From Eubacterium sp. (lineage in GTDB: Bacteria > Bacillota > Clostridia > Lachnospirales > Lachnospiraceae), in assembly GCA_022764265.1 (NCBI GenBank), contig JALERO010000119.1, positions 11,700 to 75,699 on the forward strand: 64,000 bases of DNA, in the 5' to 3' direction. The notes beneath the pieces are model-generated. The model ran no database searches and was not told the origin of the DNA. It saw nothing but the letters and a program-made list of their open reading frames with translations. A program made the position numbers and the translations under genes. Shown here in pieces: positions 30,401-39,486 of this stretch (position 1 is its first letter; each line of letters starts with the position of its first letter).

Positions 30401-31765
30401 GTTATGTCCATCCAAATCCCTCTCAACCGGGAAAAATGCGCACCGGGTCCAGCCTCCGGTTTTGGCCACATATTCCTGAACGATAATCGGTTTTCTTTTC
30501 ATTCGAGCATCCAGAGTATCATAATCGGTAAAGCTTCGCATCAAATGCTTGTGTGGCTCTCCGACCAGTTCATCCGTCAGATGCTTAAGAGCCGCCCTGG
30601 CATCTCCCTTCTCACCCAAAACACGGTGAATATTATCCAGAGAAGCCAATTCCTGAAACGTATTCTTTTCCAGATCAATAAAATAAATTCCAAAGAAAAC
30701 ATTGCTCAGTGCGCCAATAATCGAAGTATGTTGTTTCTCCGCTGTAAGGAGTGCTGTCAGATTCTCGTTGGATTTCTGTAATTTCTGCTGAATCTCCAAC
30801 TCCCGCATCTTTTTATCGTGAATTATCTGGGTAGCAAAAATGACGTGTCCCAGCTTACCATCCTCTGTCCGATCGCCCTCAATAAAACAGCATTCCGTCC
30901 AGACCGGCTTATTCCCATATTCCGGGGATATCATTAAGGTACTCAAATACTGCTTGGATATCATCCGTTTTTGACCCAAACGCCGATCCAGGGTGGATAA
31001 GTCAACAAATGCAAGTAATTCATCGGTAAATTCCGGAGCCATCATATGATGACAAAAATAGTTTAGCCGTTCCTGGGCATCCCCCTCAGCTCCGATATGT
31101 TCATTTACTTTATCCAAAGAAGAAAGCTCCGAAAACTGACCGCTCTCCATGTCAATATAGTAAACTGACGTATAAATCTCACTCATAGACTGAATTATTT
31201 TCATCCGCTGTGATAATTCTTCTCCTGTTTTCTCCAGTTTTGAATCAATCAGCCTCTTTGAAGAAATCTCACTATAACATGTGGATGCGACCACGGAAAG
31301 CAACAACAGATCCTCCGTATTCTTCCTGGGATTGTCCACACCCAGAAAACCATTTATCCTGCCATCCACCACGATCGGCGCTGCCATCAGACTCTCAATT
31401 CCCTGAGGGTCCAGGATCTGATAGGTCTTTGAATCCGGACCGTAATCCTCCGCCAGAGAAGTTATATAAAACTCTCCCTTCTCCTCAAAGGCTTCAAACC
31501 AGCACTCCATTCCTTCCAACGGAATATTCTGCAGATTATCGATTTCCGCAGAAGTACTCTCCCGGCACCACTCACAGGTATTGCTGGCATGGGTTCCCTC
31601 CTCATTCAATTCAAAAATATATGCGCGGTCCCCATCATAATAATGCCCCAGCTCTGCAAGAATATGGTTGATTGTTTCCTCATCTTTTTGTTTATCCAGG
31701 AAGTTACGCAAAAAATATTTGATTGCTTTCTCCTGCCTGTCTCCATTACTCCTCTGACTATTCAT
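27458..31765 (-). CDS. Cytoplasmic hybrid sensor histidine kinase (GAF, PAS-like repeats, HisKA, HATPase, 2 REC)
   Basis: GAF (DRAYIFE..EWC..GFLGVDNP), FLSNMSHDIRTPMN, NLMGNAVKFT, DNGIGMS, GTGLGM, receivers IIDWKMPDMDG and FMDIQMPKMNG; no TM segment seen. Confidence 0.95.
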   Translation of the reverse strand: MNSQRSNGDRQEKAIKYFLRNFLDKQKDEETINHILAELGHYYDGDRAYIFELNEEGTHASNTCEWCRESTSAEIDNLQNIPLEGMECWFEAFEEKGEFYITSLAEDYGPDSKTYQILDPQGIESLMAAPIVVDGRINGFLGVDNPRKNTEDLLLLSVVASTCYSEISSKRLIDSKLEKTGEELSQRMKIIQSMSEIYTSVYYIDMESGQFSELSSLDKVNEHIGAEGDAQERLNYFCHHMMAPEFTDELLAFVDLSTLDRRLGQKRMISKQYLSTLMISPEYGNKPVWTECCFIEGDRTEDGKLGHVIFATQIIHDKKMRELEIQQKLQKSNENLTALLTAEKQHTSIIGALSNVFFGIYFIDLEKNTFQELASLDNIHRVLGEKGDARAALKHLTDELVGEPHKHLMRSFTDYDTLDARMKRKPIIVQEYVAKTGGWTRCAFFPVERDLDGHNKTVLCTLRWITAEKEELASQDNLIQALAIPYENIYTVNADNCEAICYRMGQTMNDRYGQKFAAGNYEDNIRMYIENDVLEEDQYLFDRISTVSGVNELLSDKKTNYFNYRVFRDNRIQYFQCQLVKPSMERNEFVIGFKNINDEKKMELAQQRKVEEALVAVEKINVALHEETKISTALSQEYSSLFKIDAKTGKMSLYRTDGIGIDPEVLDKLLEIGDYEAVLSKYIDVFVVPEDRERLRDFSRLNVLLEKVPEIGLYKLGYRRDMNGIIDYYEMNVVKTVDKTGAITFILGLRDVDEEMRRQLKQTREMEMQREIIEGLGSEYYSVLLVDPETDIVTTYRAEEDEGRAIREYFLKYDNCWSKGILAYSEELITEASRSEFIEKLSLNHIREDGKDYSFTYEKLTDHGVIYLQARISFVHEKDGRLVAVIGTRNVDDLIKKERQQEMALQAAFDAAETANRAKTDFLSNMSHDIRTPMNGIIGMTAIAAAHIDDKERVQDSLQKITQASKHLLSLINEVLDMSKIESGKVDLIEEEFNLSDLIDNLLTMTSAQIEQHHHELSVNISGVSHEEVIGDSLRIQKVFTNLMGNAVKFTPDGGKIQLSISERPSNQAKVGCFEFVFEDNGIGMSKEFLDQVFEPFARANDNHVSKTQGTGLGMPISRNIVRMMGGDIKVESELGVGSRFTVTIYLKLQDAVEIHYDKFIDLDVLVADDDEMSLESCCGMLNDLGMRAEGVSTGAKAVEQVVLHHEQKRDYFACIIDWKMPDMDGIATTRAIRKAVGNEVPIIIISAYDWSDIEQEARAAGANAFISKPLFRSRLAKTFSTLVGDDDMHNQESPTKMLGNLNLSGHRVLLVEDNELNAEIGTEILEMAGLAVECASDGVEAVDRINTCEDGYYDLIFMDIQMPKMNGYDATRAIRAMSRNYCKQVPIIAMTANAFAEDIHAAKTIGMNEHIAKPLDLNNLGRTLKKWILGKDVF

Positions 31766-31998
31766 GACATACCTCTAAATTACAGTTCATTATTACGGAA
31801 AGTAACAATTTGTTATTATTATTTTAGCTTGTAATAGTCTTAAAATCAAACTATTTTCCTTACTTTTTTTGCATTTTTCCCATTTGTCATTTCAAATGTT
31901 AATACCTTTATTTTGTCATTTTTAATGACGAAACTTTCTATTTTCAACCATCTTTCTTCTCCGGGCGTTCTGTGGTACAATCATAGTCATCCAAGATA

Positions 31999-32025
31999 AC
32001 CCTGAATGAATGGTGAATACGGTAC
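31999..32025. repeat. att junction at the sleC 5' end: arm ACCCTGAATGAATGGTG (31999-32015) plus core CGGTAC (32020-32025)
   Basis: Inverted partner of 24986-25002; core lies in the W-Y-R codons of sleC. Confidence 0.85.
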
Positions 32026-32672
32026 CACTCCGTATATACCCGATTTAAGGTAAAGGACATGATTGCGAGAATATTTGCCCGCAGTGTCTCTGTCGGCCAG
32101 GTGGAATAAATCTCACAGGATGCCACATTTTTGATATATTCTTTATATAAAACATAATAATTCTTCGCCGTGGAATCAGACACAGCGCCGTCATGAACCA
32201 CCACGTATTCCGGAATGACCACGCGGCTTAATACAATTTCCCCGGTTGCCCGAATATCCTTTATCTCATCTTCCGGAATTTTGGGAGGATATTCTCCATA
32301 TAACGTATGGGGGCCGATTGCCAGTACCTGATAGGGTTCCTGCTCCAGCCCCACCGGTTCCATCCGCTGATTCTGCAACGCTCTTTCTCCGGATAGAATC
32401 TGTGCTCCGGATATGGTAATCGGTTCAAATTCAGGAGCGCTGATACGCAGATTATATTCTGAATAAGGCTGATCAGAGCCCGGTTCCAGGGAATACTCCA
32501 ACGGTGGTGCTTCCAATTCCACAGACTCTGTCTGACCGGAGGAATCGGTATTCAGAACTTCAAGAATCCGATCCGGCTCTCCTGTAGATGAAATTTCCAC
32601 CTTCGCATCAGTGATCGGTCTTGCATCCACTGCATTGACAAGACTTATTTGCAATCTTCCAAACTCTGCCAT
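32020..32672 (-). CDS. sleC: Spore cortex-lytic enzyme SleC, 5' half (codons 1-218); unexcised ORF reads on to 31944 with a 24-aa element-derived tail
   Basis: TDSSGQT, APPLEYS, QPYSEY, IGPHTLYGEYPPKIPE, VVIPEYVVVHDG, YIKNVASCEIYSTWP, SFTLNRVYTEWYR. Confidence 0.93.
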
Positions 32673-32701
32673 AGTTTTTCACCAATGTTTTTTATCATAA
32701 T

Positions 32702-32730
32702 ATTCTATGGACAAAATATTGGTTCCTATA
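32702..32730 (-). promoter_or_regulatory. Putative mother-cell sigma (SigE/SigK-like) promoter of sleC
   Basis: Minus strand ATA-N17-CATAGAAT about 30 nt upstream of the ATG. Confidence 0.5.
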
Positions 32731-32752
32731 TACAAAAACGAAAGGATCTTTT

Positions 32753-33385
32753 ATGAATAAAATAAATTATCAGAAACAATTGGACCAGATACTAACCCAT
32801 CTGGAACCGGATAAACCTTTACTCGAAAAGCCACATTTACTTCTCCATGTCTGCTGTGCGCCCTGCAGCAGCTATGTATTGGAATACCTGCATAAATATT
32901 TTCGTATTACTGTACTTTTTTATAATCCAAATATTTCTCCACAATCAGAGTACGAAAAAAGGGTATTGGAGTTGAAACGTTTTATCCGGGAAGCAGGCTA
33001 TGAAAATGAAATTTCTCTCGTCGAAGGGAAATATGAACCTGAATTATTTTTCGAGATGGCGAAGGGCATGGAGGATCTGCCGGAGCGGGGACAGCGCTGT
33101 TATCACTGCTATGAGATGCGCATGAAAGAGGCAGCTATTTATGCGGCCCGCCTGCAGGCTGATTATTTCACCACCACCTTATCCATCAGTCCCCATAAAA
33201 ATGCAGCATGGATCAACGAGATCGGTCAGAGGCTGGAGCAGGAGTACGGTGTCCGTCATCTTCCTTCCGACTTCAAAAAAAAGAGCGGATATCTCCGCTC
33301 TATCGCATTATCTGAAGAATATCATCTTTACCGCCAGAATTATTGCGGATGTATCTTCTCCAGACAGCAAACGAGCGGGAATTAA
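32753..33385 (+). CDS. queH: Epoxyqueuosine reductase QueH (DUF208)
   Basis: LLHVCCAPCS, FYNPNI, RCYHCY, FTTTLSISPHK, YRQNYCGC. Confidence 0.93.
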   Translation: MNKINYQKQLDQILTHLEPDKPLLEKPHLLLHVCCAPCSSYVLEYLHKYFRITVLFYNPNISPQSEYEKRVLELKRFIREAGYENEISLVEGKYEPELFFEMAKGMEDLPERGQRCYHCYEMRMKEAAIYAARLQADYFTTTLSISPHKNAAWINEIGQRLEQEYGVRHLPSDFKKKSGYLRSIALSEEYHLYRQNYCGCIFSRQQTSGN

Positions 33386-33401
33386 TCATTCCCGCTCGTT
33401 T
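33369..33401. terminator. Bidirectional terminator
   Basis: AAACGAGCGGGA...TCCCGCTCGTTT. Confidence 0.65.
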
Positions 33402-33802
33402 TATGTTTTTTTAATAAATTTATTTCCACATTTCGGACAGGTGATTTCTATCTTACCCTTCCCTTTTGGAACACGGATTTTTTGTGTGCAGGAAGGACAT
33501 TTAAAAAACTTAAAGATTTTTGCCTGTTCTCTCTCTTGTCCCCGCCTGTCAAAGTACTCAAATATCGGATGCATCAGCTGCAAAAATTTTGTATTTTCCC
33601 TGGCTCTTTTACTATGGTTATGCGAGAACACCCGGAAAATACAAATCAGTAACGGAATAAAGCTGAGAATGTTCAGTCTCTGAATTGGTTCCGACGGAAC
33701 ACAGGCTGTCACCAAATTGATCAGAATACTCAAGAACAGCAGACCACAGGACAATCCGTCAAATCCATAGATTCCCCTCAAAAAATCCTTAAAACCGTTC
33801 AT
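33401..33802 (-). CDS. Conserved membrane protein with C-terminal zinc ribbon
   Basis: YGFDGLS, two TMs, RARENTKF, CPSCTQKIRVPKGKGKIEITCPKC. Confidence 0.85.
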   Translation of the reverse strand: MNGFKDFLRGIYGFDGLSCGLLFLSILINLVTACVPSEPIQRLNILSFIPLLICIFRVFSHNHSKRARENTKFLQLMHPIFEYFDRRGQEREQAKIFKFFKCPSCTQKIRVPKGKGKIEITCPKCGNKFIKKT

Positions 33803-33842
33803 TTTCTACACCTCTTCTTTCGGAATCCTTCTCATTTCCTTT

Positions 33843-34319
33843 CTAAAACAATCGAATTAAGGAAAATAAAACCGTACTTCCTGTACCCATAATGATACCT
33901 GCCAGCAAAACACCTAACATTACTGCCAGAATGCTGGATTTAAAATCCATCTTTAAAATACTGGCCGCCAGAGTTCCTGTCCAGGCACCGGTTCCCGGAA
34001 GCGGAATTCCGACAAACAATAATAATGCGACAAACAAACCTCTGCCGGCTTTTGCTTTCAGTTTCTCACCGCCCCGCTCACCTTTTTCCATACACCAGCA
34101 ACAAAACTTTCGGAAGAAGGTAACATTGCAGGAACTACCGATTTCCAATACTTTTCTGGCAAATAAGTAAATGAATGGCACCGGCAGCATATTGCCGATG
34201 ATCGCCACAATATAAGATGGAAGAAGTGGAAGCTGAAAACCAACTGCATATGGTATGGCTCCTCTCAATTCAATTAACGGAACCATGGAGATAAAAAATA
34301 CAATGAGATATTTTTTCAA
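33843..34319 (-). CDS. Small multidrug export family protein (COG2426)
   Basis: SMVPLIELRGAIP, LFVGIPLPGTGAWTG; TTG start inferred at 34319. Confidence 0.88.
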   Translation of the reverse strand: MKKYLIVFFISMVPLIELRGAIPYAVGFQLPLLPSYIVAIIGNMLPVPFIYLFARKVLEIGSSCNVTFFRKFCCWCMEKGERGGEKLKAKAGRGLFVALLLFVGIPLPGTGAWTGTLAASILKMDFKSSILAVMLGVLLAGIIMGTGSTVLFSLIRLF

Positions 34320-34358
34320 GTTTCTATCCTCTTTCTTTTTCTTTTTTACACCCAGACT

Positions 34359-34412
34359 ATTCAAGAACGCCTCGGCGTTCTTGCTGCGAGATGCGCGTCA
34401 TGCGTTAGTATG
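34359..34412. repeat. Partial copy of the 13987 repeat (5' portion)
   Basis: ATTCAAGAACGCCTCGGCGTTCTTGCTGCGAGATGCGCGTCATGCGTTAG is identical to 13988-14037. Confidence 0.85.
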
Positions 34413-34471
34413 GTGATTTACCTTATATCATATATCACAGTTTCCTTCTATCGTCAAGGAATGCCCTTTCA

Positions 34472-35890
34472 TCATTTTAACAGTGACTGTTTCATGGCAC
34501 TGATAAATTCCTGATTGTTTCTTGTTTTTTTGAAAAATTGCAGAATCTGTTCCACATTTTCTTCCGCACGATTTCCGGACATTTCTCTGTGAAGGGAGTA
34601 CACGATCTCCTGCTCTTCTTTGGAGAGCAGCAGGTCATCCCGTCTGGTTCCGGATTTTTGAATATTGATGGCTGGGAAAATACGTTTTTCGGATAATTTG
34701 CGGTCGAGAACCAGTTCCATGTTACCGGTTCCCTTAAATTCTTCGAAGACCACATCATCCATCTTACTTCCGGTATCCACCAGAGCAGTGGCAAGAATGG
34801 TAAGACTTCCGCCCTCTCTCATATTTCTGGCGGCACCGAAAAATTTCTTCGGCATATGAAGTGCTGCCGGATCCAGACCGCCGGACAGAGTTCTTCCGCT
34901 TGGCGGTACCACAAGATTATATGCTCTTGCCAGCCTGGTAATGCTATCCAGTAAAATCACCACATCTTCTTTGTGCTCCACCAGACGCTTTGCCCGTTCC
35001 AGAACCATTTCCGATACTCTCTTATGATGTTCCGGCAATTCATCAAAAGTGGAGTAGATTACTTCTGCATTTGGTCCTTCAATGTATTCCCGGATATCTG
35101 TTACTTCTTCCGGTCTCTCGTCGATAAGCAGGACGATCAGCTTCATGTCCGGATAGGATGTTGTGATACTTTTTGCAATCTGTTTTAACAATGTTGTCTT
35201 ACCGGTTTTTGGCTGGGAGACGATCATGCCTCTCTGGCCCTTACCGATTGGGGAGAGAAGATCCACCATCCGCATGGAAACCGGTGCTCCCTGTGTTTCA
35301 AGACGAATCCTTTCATTTGGAAAAATCGGTGTCAGATCCTCAAAATTCTTTCTCTTTTGTGCATCATAAGGTTTATAACCATTTACCGATTCCACATAAA
35401 GAAGGGCACTGTATTTTTCATTCTGGGTCTTGACACGGATATTTCCCACCAGAATATCTCCGGTTTTCAGATTAAATCTGCGAATCTGGGATGGAGAAAC
35501 ATAAACATCATTTTCTCCCGGAAGATAGTTTTCACAACGGATAAAACCGTAACCATCGGGCATCACTTCAAGAATACCGTCTGCCTTGGCACCGCTGTCC
35601 AGGCTGGCAAGCTCACTTTTCATGCCGTTTTCCTGTCTTGGTTTGTCATCCTGTTTCTTTTTCTCTTCCTGCTCCTGATTCTCTTGCAGATTCTTTCTTT
35701 CTATCTCCTGTCTTCTCTCATGGAATTCTTTTTCCACCGGCGGTTTCTCTAAAGTCGTCTCTTTTTTGGACTGTTCCACTTCCAGCAAACGTTCAATCAG
35801 CCCCTCTTTTTTCAATGTACTGATTCCACGCAGTCCTTTTTCCTTTGCAGCCGCACGCAGCTGTACAATGGTCATTTTATTATAATCCAT
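34472..35890 (-). CDS. rho: Transcription termination factor Rho
   Basis: [53 protein letters not shown]. Confidence 0.98.
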   Translation of the reverse strand: MDYNKMTIVQLRAAAKEKGLRGISTLKKEGLIERLLEVEQSKKETTLEKPPVEKEFHERRQEIERKNLQENQEQEEKKKQDDKPRQENGMKSELASLDSGAKADGILEVMPDGYGFIRCENYLPGENDVYVSPSQIRRFNLKTGDILVGNIRVKTQNEKYSALLYVESVNGYKPYDAQKRKNFEDLTPIFPNERIRLETQGAPVSMRMVDLLSPIGKGQRGMIVSQPKTGKTTLLKQIAKSITTSYPDMKLIVLLIDERPEEVTDIREYIEGPNAEVIYSTFDELPEHHKRVSEMVLERAKRLVEHKEDVVILLDSITRLARAYNLVVPPSGRTLSGGLDPAALHMPKKFFGAARNMREGGSLTILATALVDTGSKMDDVVFEEFKGTGNMELVLDRKLSEKRIFPAINIQKSGTRRDDLLLSKEEQEIVYSLHREMSGNRAEENVEQILQFFKKTRNNQEFISAMKQSLLK

Positions 35891-36215
35891 AATTACCTCC
35901 GCTGTTTTTCATATTTATCATCTAATTCGTTTATGTGGATACAGATGTCACGTCAGAAAATGTCAGATTCGGAACTCTTTTCTTTCTAAAACGATCCCTG
36001 TCTGACTAAAAATCCCCTCTTATAGAAATAAGAACTCAGAAATTATAGAACGATTTATCTCAACAAATGGTGAGCATTAATAAAGATAAAAAATACATTT
36101 ATATCTCTTTTATAATACCATAATCTGAAAAGAAAACAACTATTTTTCGATTTTCTTCGTTGCACAATTGAAAAACGGGTGTTAGAATATATTCTGGGAA
36201 GGACGGAGTAAAAAA

Positions 36216-37367
36216 ATGACAATAAAAGATCAAGCATTAAGATTACATGAACAATGGAACGGAAAACTGGAAACTGCATCCAAATGTACCGTATCCTCCG
36301 CTGAGGATCTGGCCATCGCTTACACTCCCGGTGTAGCTGAGCCGTGCAGAGTGATTGCAGAGGATCCGAAGGCCGCTTACAAATATACGATCAAATCTAA
36401 CACAGTTGCCGTGGTTTCAGACGGAAGTGCGGTACTGGGACTGGGCAATATCGGAGCCCTGGCCGCCATGCCGGTCATGGAAGGAAAGGCCGTTTTATTC
36501 AAGGAATTCGGTGGGGTCAATGCTGTTCCAATCTGCCTGGACACACAGGACACCGAAGAAATCATCGAAACTGTCATCCGGATCGCGCCTGCATTTGGAG
36601 GGATCAATCTGGAAGATATCGCAGCACCTCGATGTTTTGAGATAGAAAAACGTTTAAATGATGCATTAAATATTCCTGTTTTTCATGATGATCAGCACGG
36701 AACAGCCATCGTTGTGCTGGCGGGAATTATCAACGCATTGAAAATTGTAAAAAAAGATAAGGAAGCCTGTAAAGTTGTTGTGAATGGTGCCGGCTCCGCA
36801 GGAATCGCGATTACCAAAATATTACTCTCCTACGGTTTTAAAGATGTAACCATGTGTGACCGTCAGGGTATTTTATGCGAGGGAGATTCCACTCTGAACT
36901 GGATGCAGGCAGAGATGACAAAGGTCACCAATCTCTCTCACCAGACAGGAACTCTTGCAGATGCACTGAAAGGTGCCGATATTTTCGTTGGCGTTTCCGC
37001 ACCGGGTATTGTGACCATGGATATGGTCAGCTCCATGGCAAAGGATTCCATTCTCTTTACCATGGCTAATCCGGATCCGGAAATCATGCCTCATCTGGCA
37101 AGGGATGCCGGTGCCAGAGTTGTGGGAACCGGACGTTCTGATTTTCCAAATCAGGTCAATAACGTTCTCGTATTCCCAGGTATCTTTAAGGGAGCACTGG
37201 AAAGCCATGCCACACACATTTCTGAGGAAATGAAGCTGGCTGCCGCCCATGCCATCGCCAACCTCGTACCGGAAGAAGAACTGAGTGATGTCAATATCTT
37301 ACCGCACGCATTTGATCCTCATGTGGCAGATGTGGTCAGTGAAGCGGTAAAACAATATGTTGATTAA
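36216..37367 (+). CDS. NAD(P)-dependent malic enzyme
   Basis: AYTPGVA, DGSAVLGLGNIG, PVMEGK, NLEDI, FHDDQHGTA, TGRSDFPNQVNN. Confidence 0.95.
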   Translation: MTIKDQALRLHEQWNGKLETASKCTVSSAEDLAIAYTPGVAEPCRVIAEDPKAAYKYTIKSNTVAVVSDGSAVLGLGNIGALAAMPVMEGKAVLFKEFGGVNAVPICLDTQDTEEIIETVIRIAPAFGGINLEDIAAPRCFEIEKRLNDALNIPVFHDDQHGTAIVVLAGIINALKIVKKDKEACKVVVNGAGSAGIAITKILLSYGFKDVTMCDRQGILCEGDSTLNWMQAEMTKVTNLSHQTGTLADALKGADIFVGVSAPGIVTMDMVSSMAKDSILFTMANPDPEIMPHLARDAGARVVGTGRSDFPNQVNNVLVFPGIFKGALESHATHISEEMKLAAAHAIANLVPEEELSDVNILPHAFDPHVADVVSEAVKQYVD

Positions 37368-38300
37368 ATGATGGAGCGTTTTTACAGTTACAATCGTTTT
37401 TTAAAAGAATATTTTGGAGAAAAGATATACAAAATCTGTCTTGATGGAGGTTTTACCTGTCCAAACCGGGACGGTACTCTCTCCACCGGCGGATGCATTT
37501 TCTGCAGTGAAGGTGGCAGCGGTGAATATTCAGAAAACGCTGCTCTTTCTATCCCGGAACAGCTCTCTATTGGTAAAAAACAAACAGCAGCCAAGTATCA
37601 GGGTCAAAAGTATATCGCCTATTTTCAGGCCTTTACCAACACCTACGGTCCGGTAAAGCGACTTCGCTCCCTTTACGAGCAGGCCATCGCTCCCGAAGAA
37701 ATCGTGGGGCTGGCCATCGGTACCAGACCGGATTGTCTCTCTCCCGACATCTTGGATCTGCTGGAAGAATTCAATCAGCGAAAGCCTGTTTTTCTGGAAA
37801 TGGGGTTACAAACCTGTCATGACAAGAGTGCCCGATTTCTGAACCGGGGTTATGAGACTGGTGTTTTTACCGATGCAGTCAGAGCATGTGCACAAAGGGG
37901 TATCCGCACAACTGCCCATCTGATTCTGGGACTGCCCGGTGAATCCAGAGAAATGTTGCTGGAAACCATTGATTATATCAATTCCCTGCCCATCGGCGGA
38001 GTGAAGCTTTCCATGCTTTATATACTGAAAAACACAAAGCTGGCAAAGATATATGAAACGAATCCTTTTCCTGTCTTCACCCTGGAATCCTATGTAGATT
38101 GCCTCATCGATTGCATCGAACATCTTCGACCGGACATTGTTATCGAGAGAATTACAGGAGACGGACCGGGCAACTTATTAATCGCACCACAATGGAGCCT
38201 TCACAAACGCTATGTACTCAATACTATTAACAAAGAACTGAAACGGCGGGACTCCTTTCAGGGAAAACATTGGAATCCCAGGCCGATATTAATGGAGTAA
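37368..38300 (+). CDS. Radical SAM protein, YhcC/TIGR01212 family
   Basis: GFTCPNRDG..GGCIFC, AYFQAFTNTY, IGTRPDC, HLILGLP. Confidence 0.92.
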   Translation: MMERFYSYNRFLKEYFGEKIYKICLDGGFTCPNRDGTLSTGGCIFCSEGGSGEYSENAALSIPEQLSIGKKQTAAKYQGQKYIAYFQAFTNTYGPVKRLRSLYEQAIAPEEIVGLAIGTRPDCLSPDILDLLEEFNQRKPVFLEMGLQTCHDKSARFLNRGYETGVFTDAVRACAQRGIRTTAHLILGLPGESREMLLETIDYINSLPIGGVKLSMLYILKNTKLAKIYETNPFPVFTLESYVDCLIDCIEHLRPDIVIERITGDGPGNLLIAPQWSLHKRYVLNTINKELKRRDSFQGKHWNPRPILME

Positions 38301-38303
38301 ATC

Positions 38304-38828
38304 ATGTCTGAAGAATCATTAACGCTATATAAATTGATGGTATTATATATGTTGGATAATCTGGATTTTCCTCTCACCAACTCACAGTTGAGTGAGTTTT
38401 TCGTAAACCACGGTTATACATCTTATTTTCATGTGCAGCAGGCTATCAACGAACTGGTAGAAAGCTCTTTTCTCCGCGGAGATCTGATTCGCAATACCAC
38501 CAATTATCATCTCACAGAAGCAGGAAAAGAAGCTTTAAATATGTTTGACTCCAAGATTCCTGAGCCGATCAAAGATGATATTCTGGATTATTTTAAAGAA
38601 AAAAAATACCAGCTTCGAAGAGAAGTAGACATCACTGCCGATTATTATCCCCTGAAAAAAGGGGAATATATGGTCAAGGCTCAGGTTAAAGAGCGGGGAA
38701 CGCTCCTGATGGAGCTCTCTCTCAATGTGGTATCAAAGGAACAGGCCATCGCCGTCTGCGATAAATGGGCAGAAAAAAGTGATGCCGTTTATTGCAAGGT
38801 TATCGAAACCCTGCTTCTTGATGATTGA
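38304..38828 (+). CDS. DUF4364-family winged-helix protein
   Basis: LYKLMVLYML..DFPLTNSQLSEF..YF..QQ. Confidence 0.8.
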   Translation: MSEESLTLYKLMVLYMLDNLDFPLTNSQLSEFFVNHGYTSYFHVQQAINELVESSFLRGDLIRNTTNYHLTEAGKEALNMFDSKIPEPIKDDILDYFKEKKYQLRREVDITADYYPLKKGEYMVKAQVKERGTLLMELSLNVVSKEQAIAVCDKWAEKSDAVYCKVIETLLLDD

Positions 38829-38866
38829 AAAATCCGGTCCATTACATGTTGTTTTGGACCGGATTC
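38828..38866. terminator. Bidirectional terminator
   Basis: AATCCGGTCCA...TGGACCGGATT. Confidence 0.65.
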
Positions 38867-38874
38867 TTATTATA

Positions 38875-39486
38875 TTATTCTTCTGGGATTTCCATTTCTT
38901 CTCCCAGAGCATATTCCTCAATCAGTTCCCAGATGTCATCTCTTCCCTGCTTTGTCACTGCAGAAAACGGAATGATCGGAACGCCTTCGATTACTTTCAG
39001 GGTTGATTTTAATATATCCAACTGTTTTTTTATCTGACTGCGTTTTAATTTATCTGCCTTTGTTGCGACGATTACCGGTGAAAATCCGTTACTTAAGATC
39101 CACCGATACATTTGTACGTCATTGGCCGTTGGCTTATGGCGCAAGTCAATCAAAAGGAACACCAGACGAAGCTGTTTGGAAGTATGAAGATAGTTTTCAA
39201 TCATCGGTCCCCATTTTGCCGCCACTTCTTTGGATACCTTCGCATAACCGTAACCCGGAAGATCCACGATATACAATTCCTGATTGACATTATAAAAATT
39301 GATCGTCTGAGTTTTACCCGGCTGTCCTGATGTACGGGCAAGGGCTTTTCGATTCACCAGTGCATTAATAAGGGATGATTTGCCCACATTGGATTTGCCA
39401 GCAAAGGCAACTTCCGGCAATTGATTCACCGGCAGCTTACTGGTGATTCCACATACTGTCTCAAGCTCAACATTTTTTATGATCAT
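38875..39486 (-). CDS. engB: Ribosome biogenesis GTPase YihA/YsxC
   Basis: GKSNVGKSS, PGKTQTINF, DLPGYG, TKADK. Confidence 0.96.
   Translation of the reverse strand: MIIKNVELETVCGITSKLPVNQLPEVAFAGKSNVGKSSLINALVNRKALARTSGQPGKTQTINFYNVNQELYIVDLPGYGYAKVSKEVAAKWGPMIENYLHTSKQLRLVFLLIDLRHKPTANDVQMYRWILSNGFSPVIVATKADKLKRSQIKKQLDILKSTLKVIEGVPIIPFSAVTKQGRDDIWELIEEYALGEEMEIPEE

Larger units (their letters stand above)
24972..32025. mobile_element. sleC-intervening integrative element (skin-like), 7,048-bp excisable unit
   Basis: Flanked by CGGTAC direct repeats inside the split sleC; 17-bp inverted arms; large serine recombinase at one end. Confidence 0.92.

Noticed and set aside
24972-32025. Prophage or conjugative element
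   Set aside because: No structural, replication, relaxase or T4SS genes; only a recombinase, a small ORF and cargo
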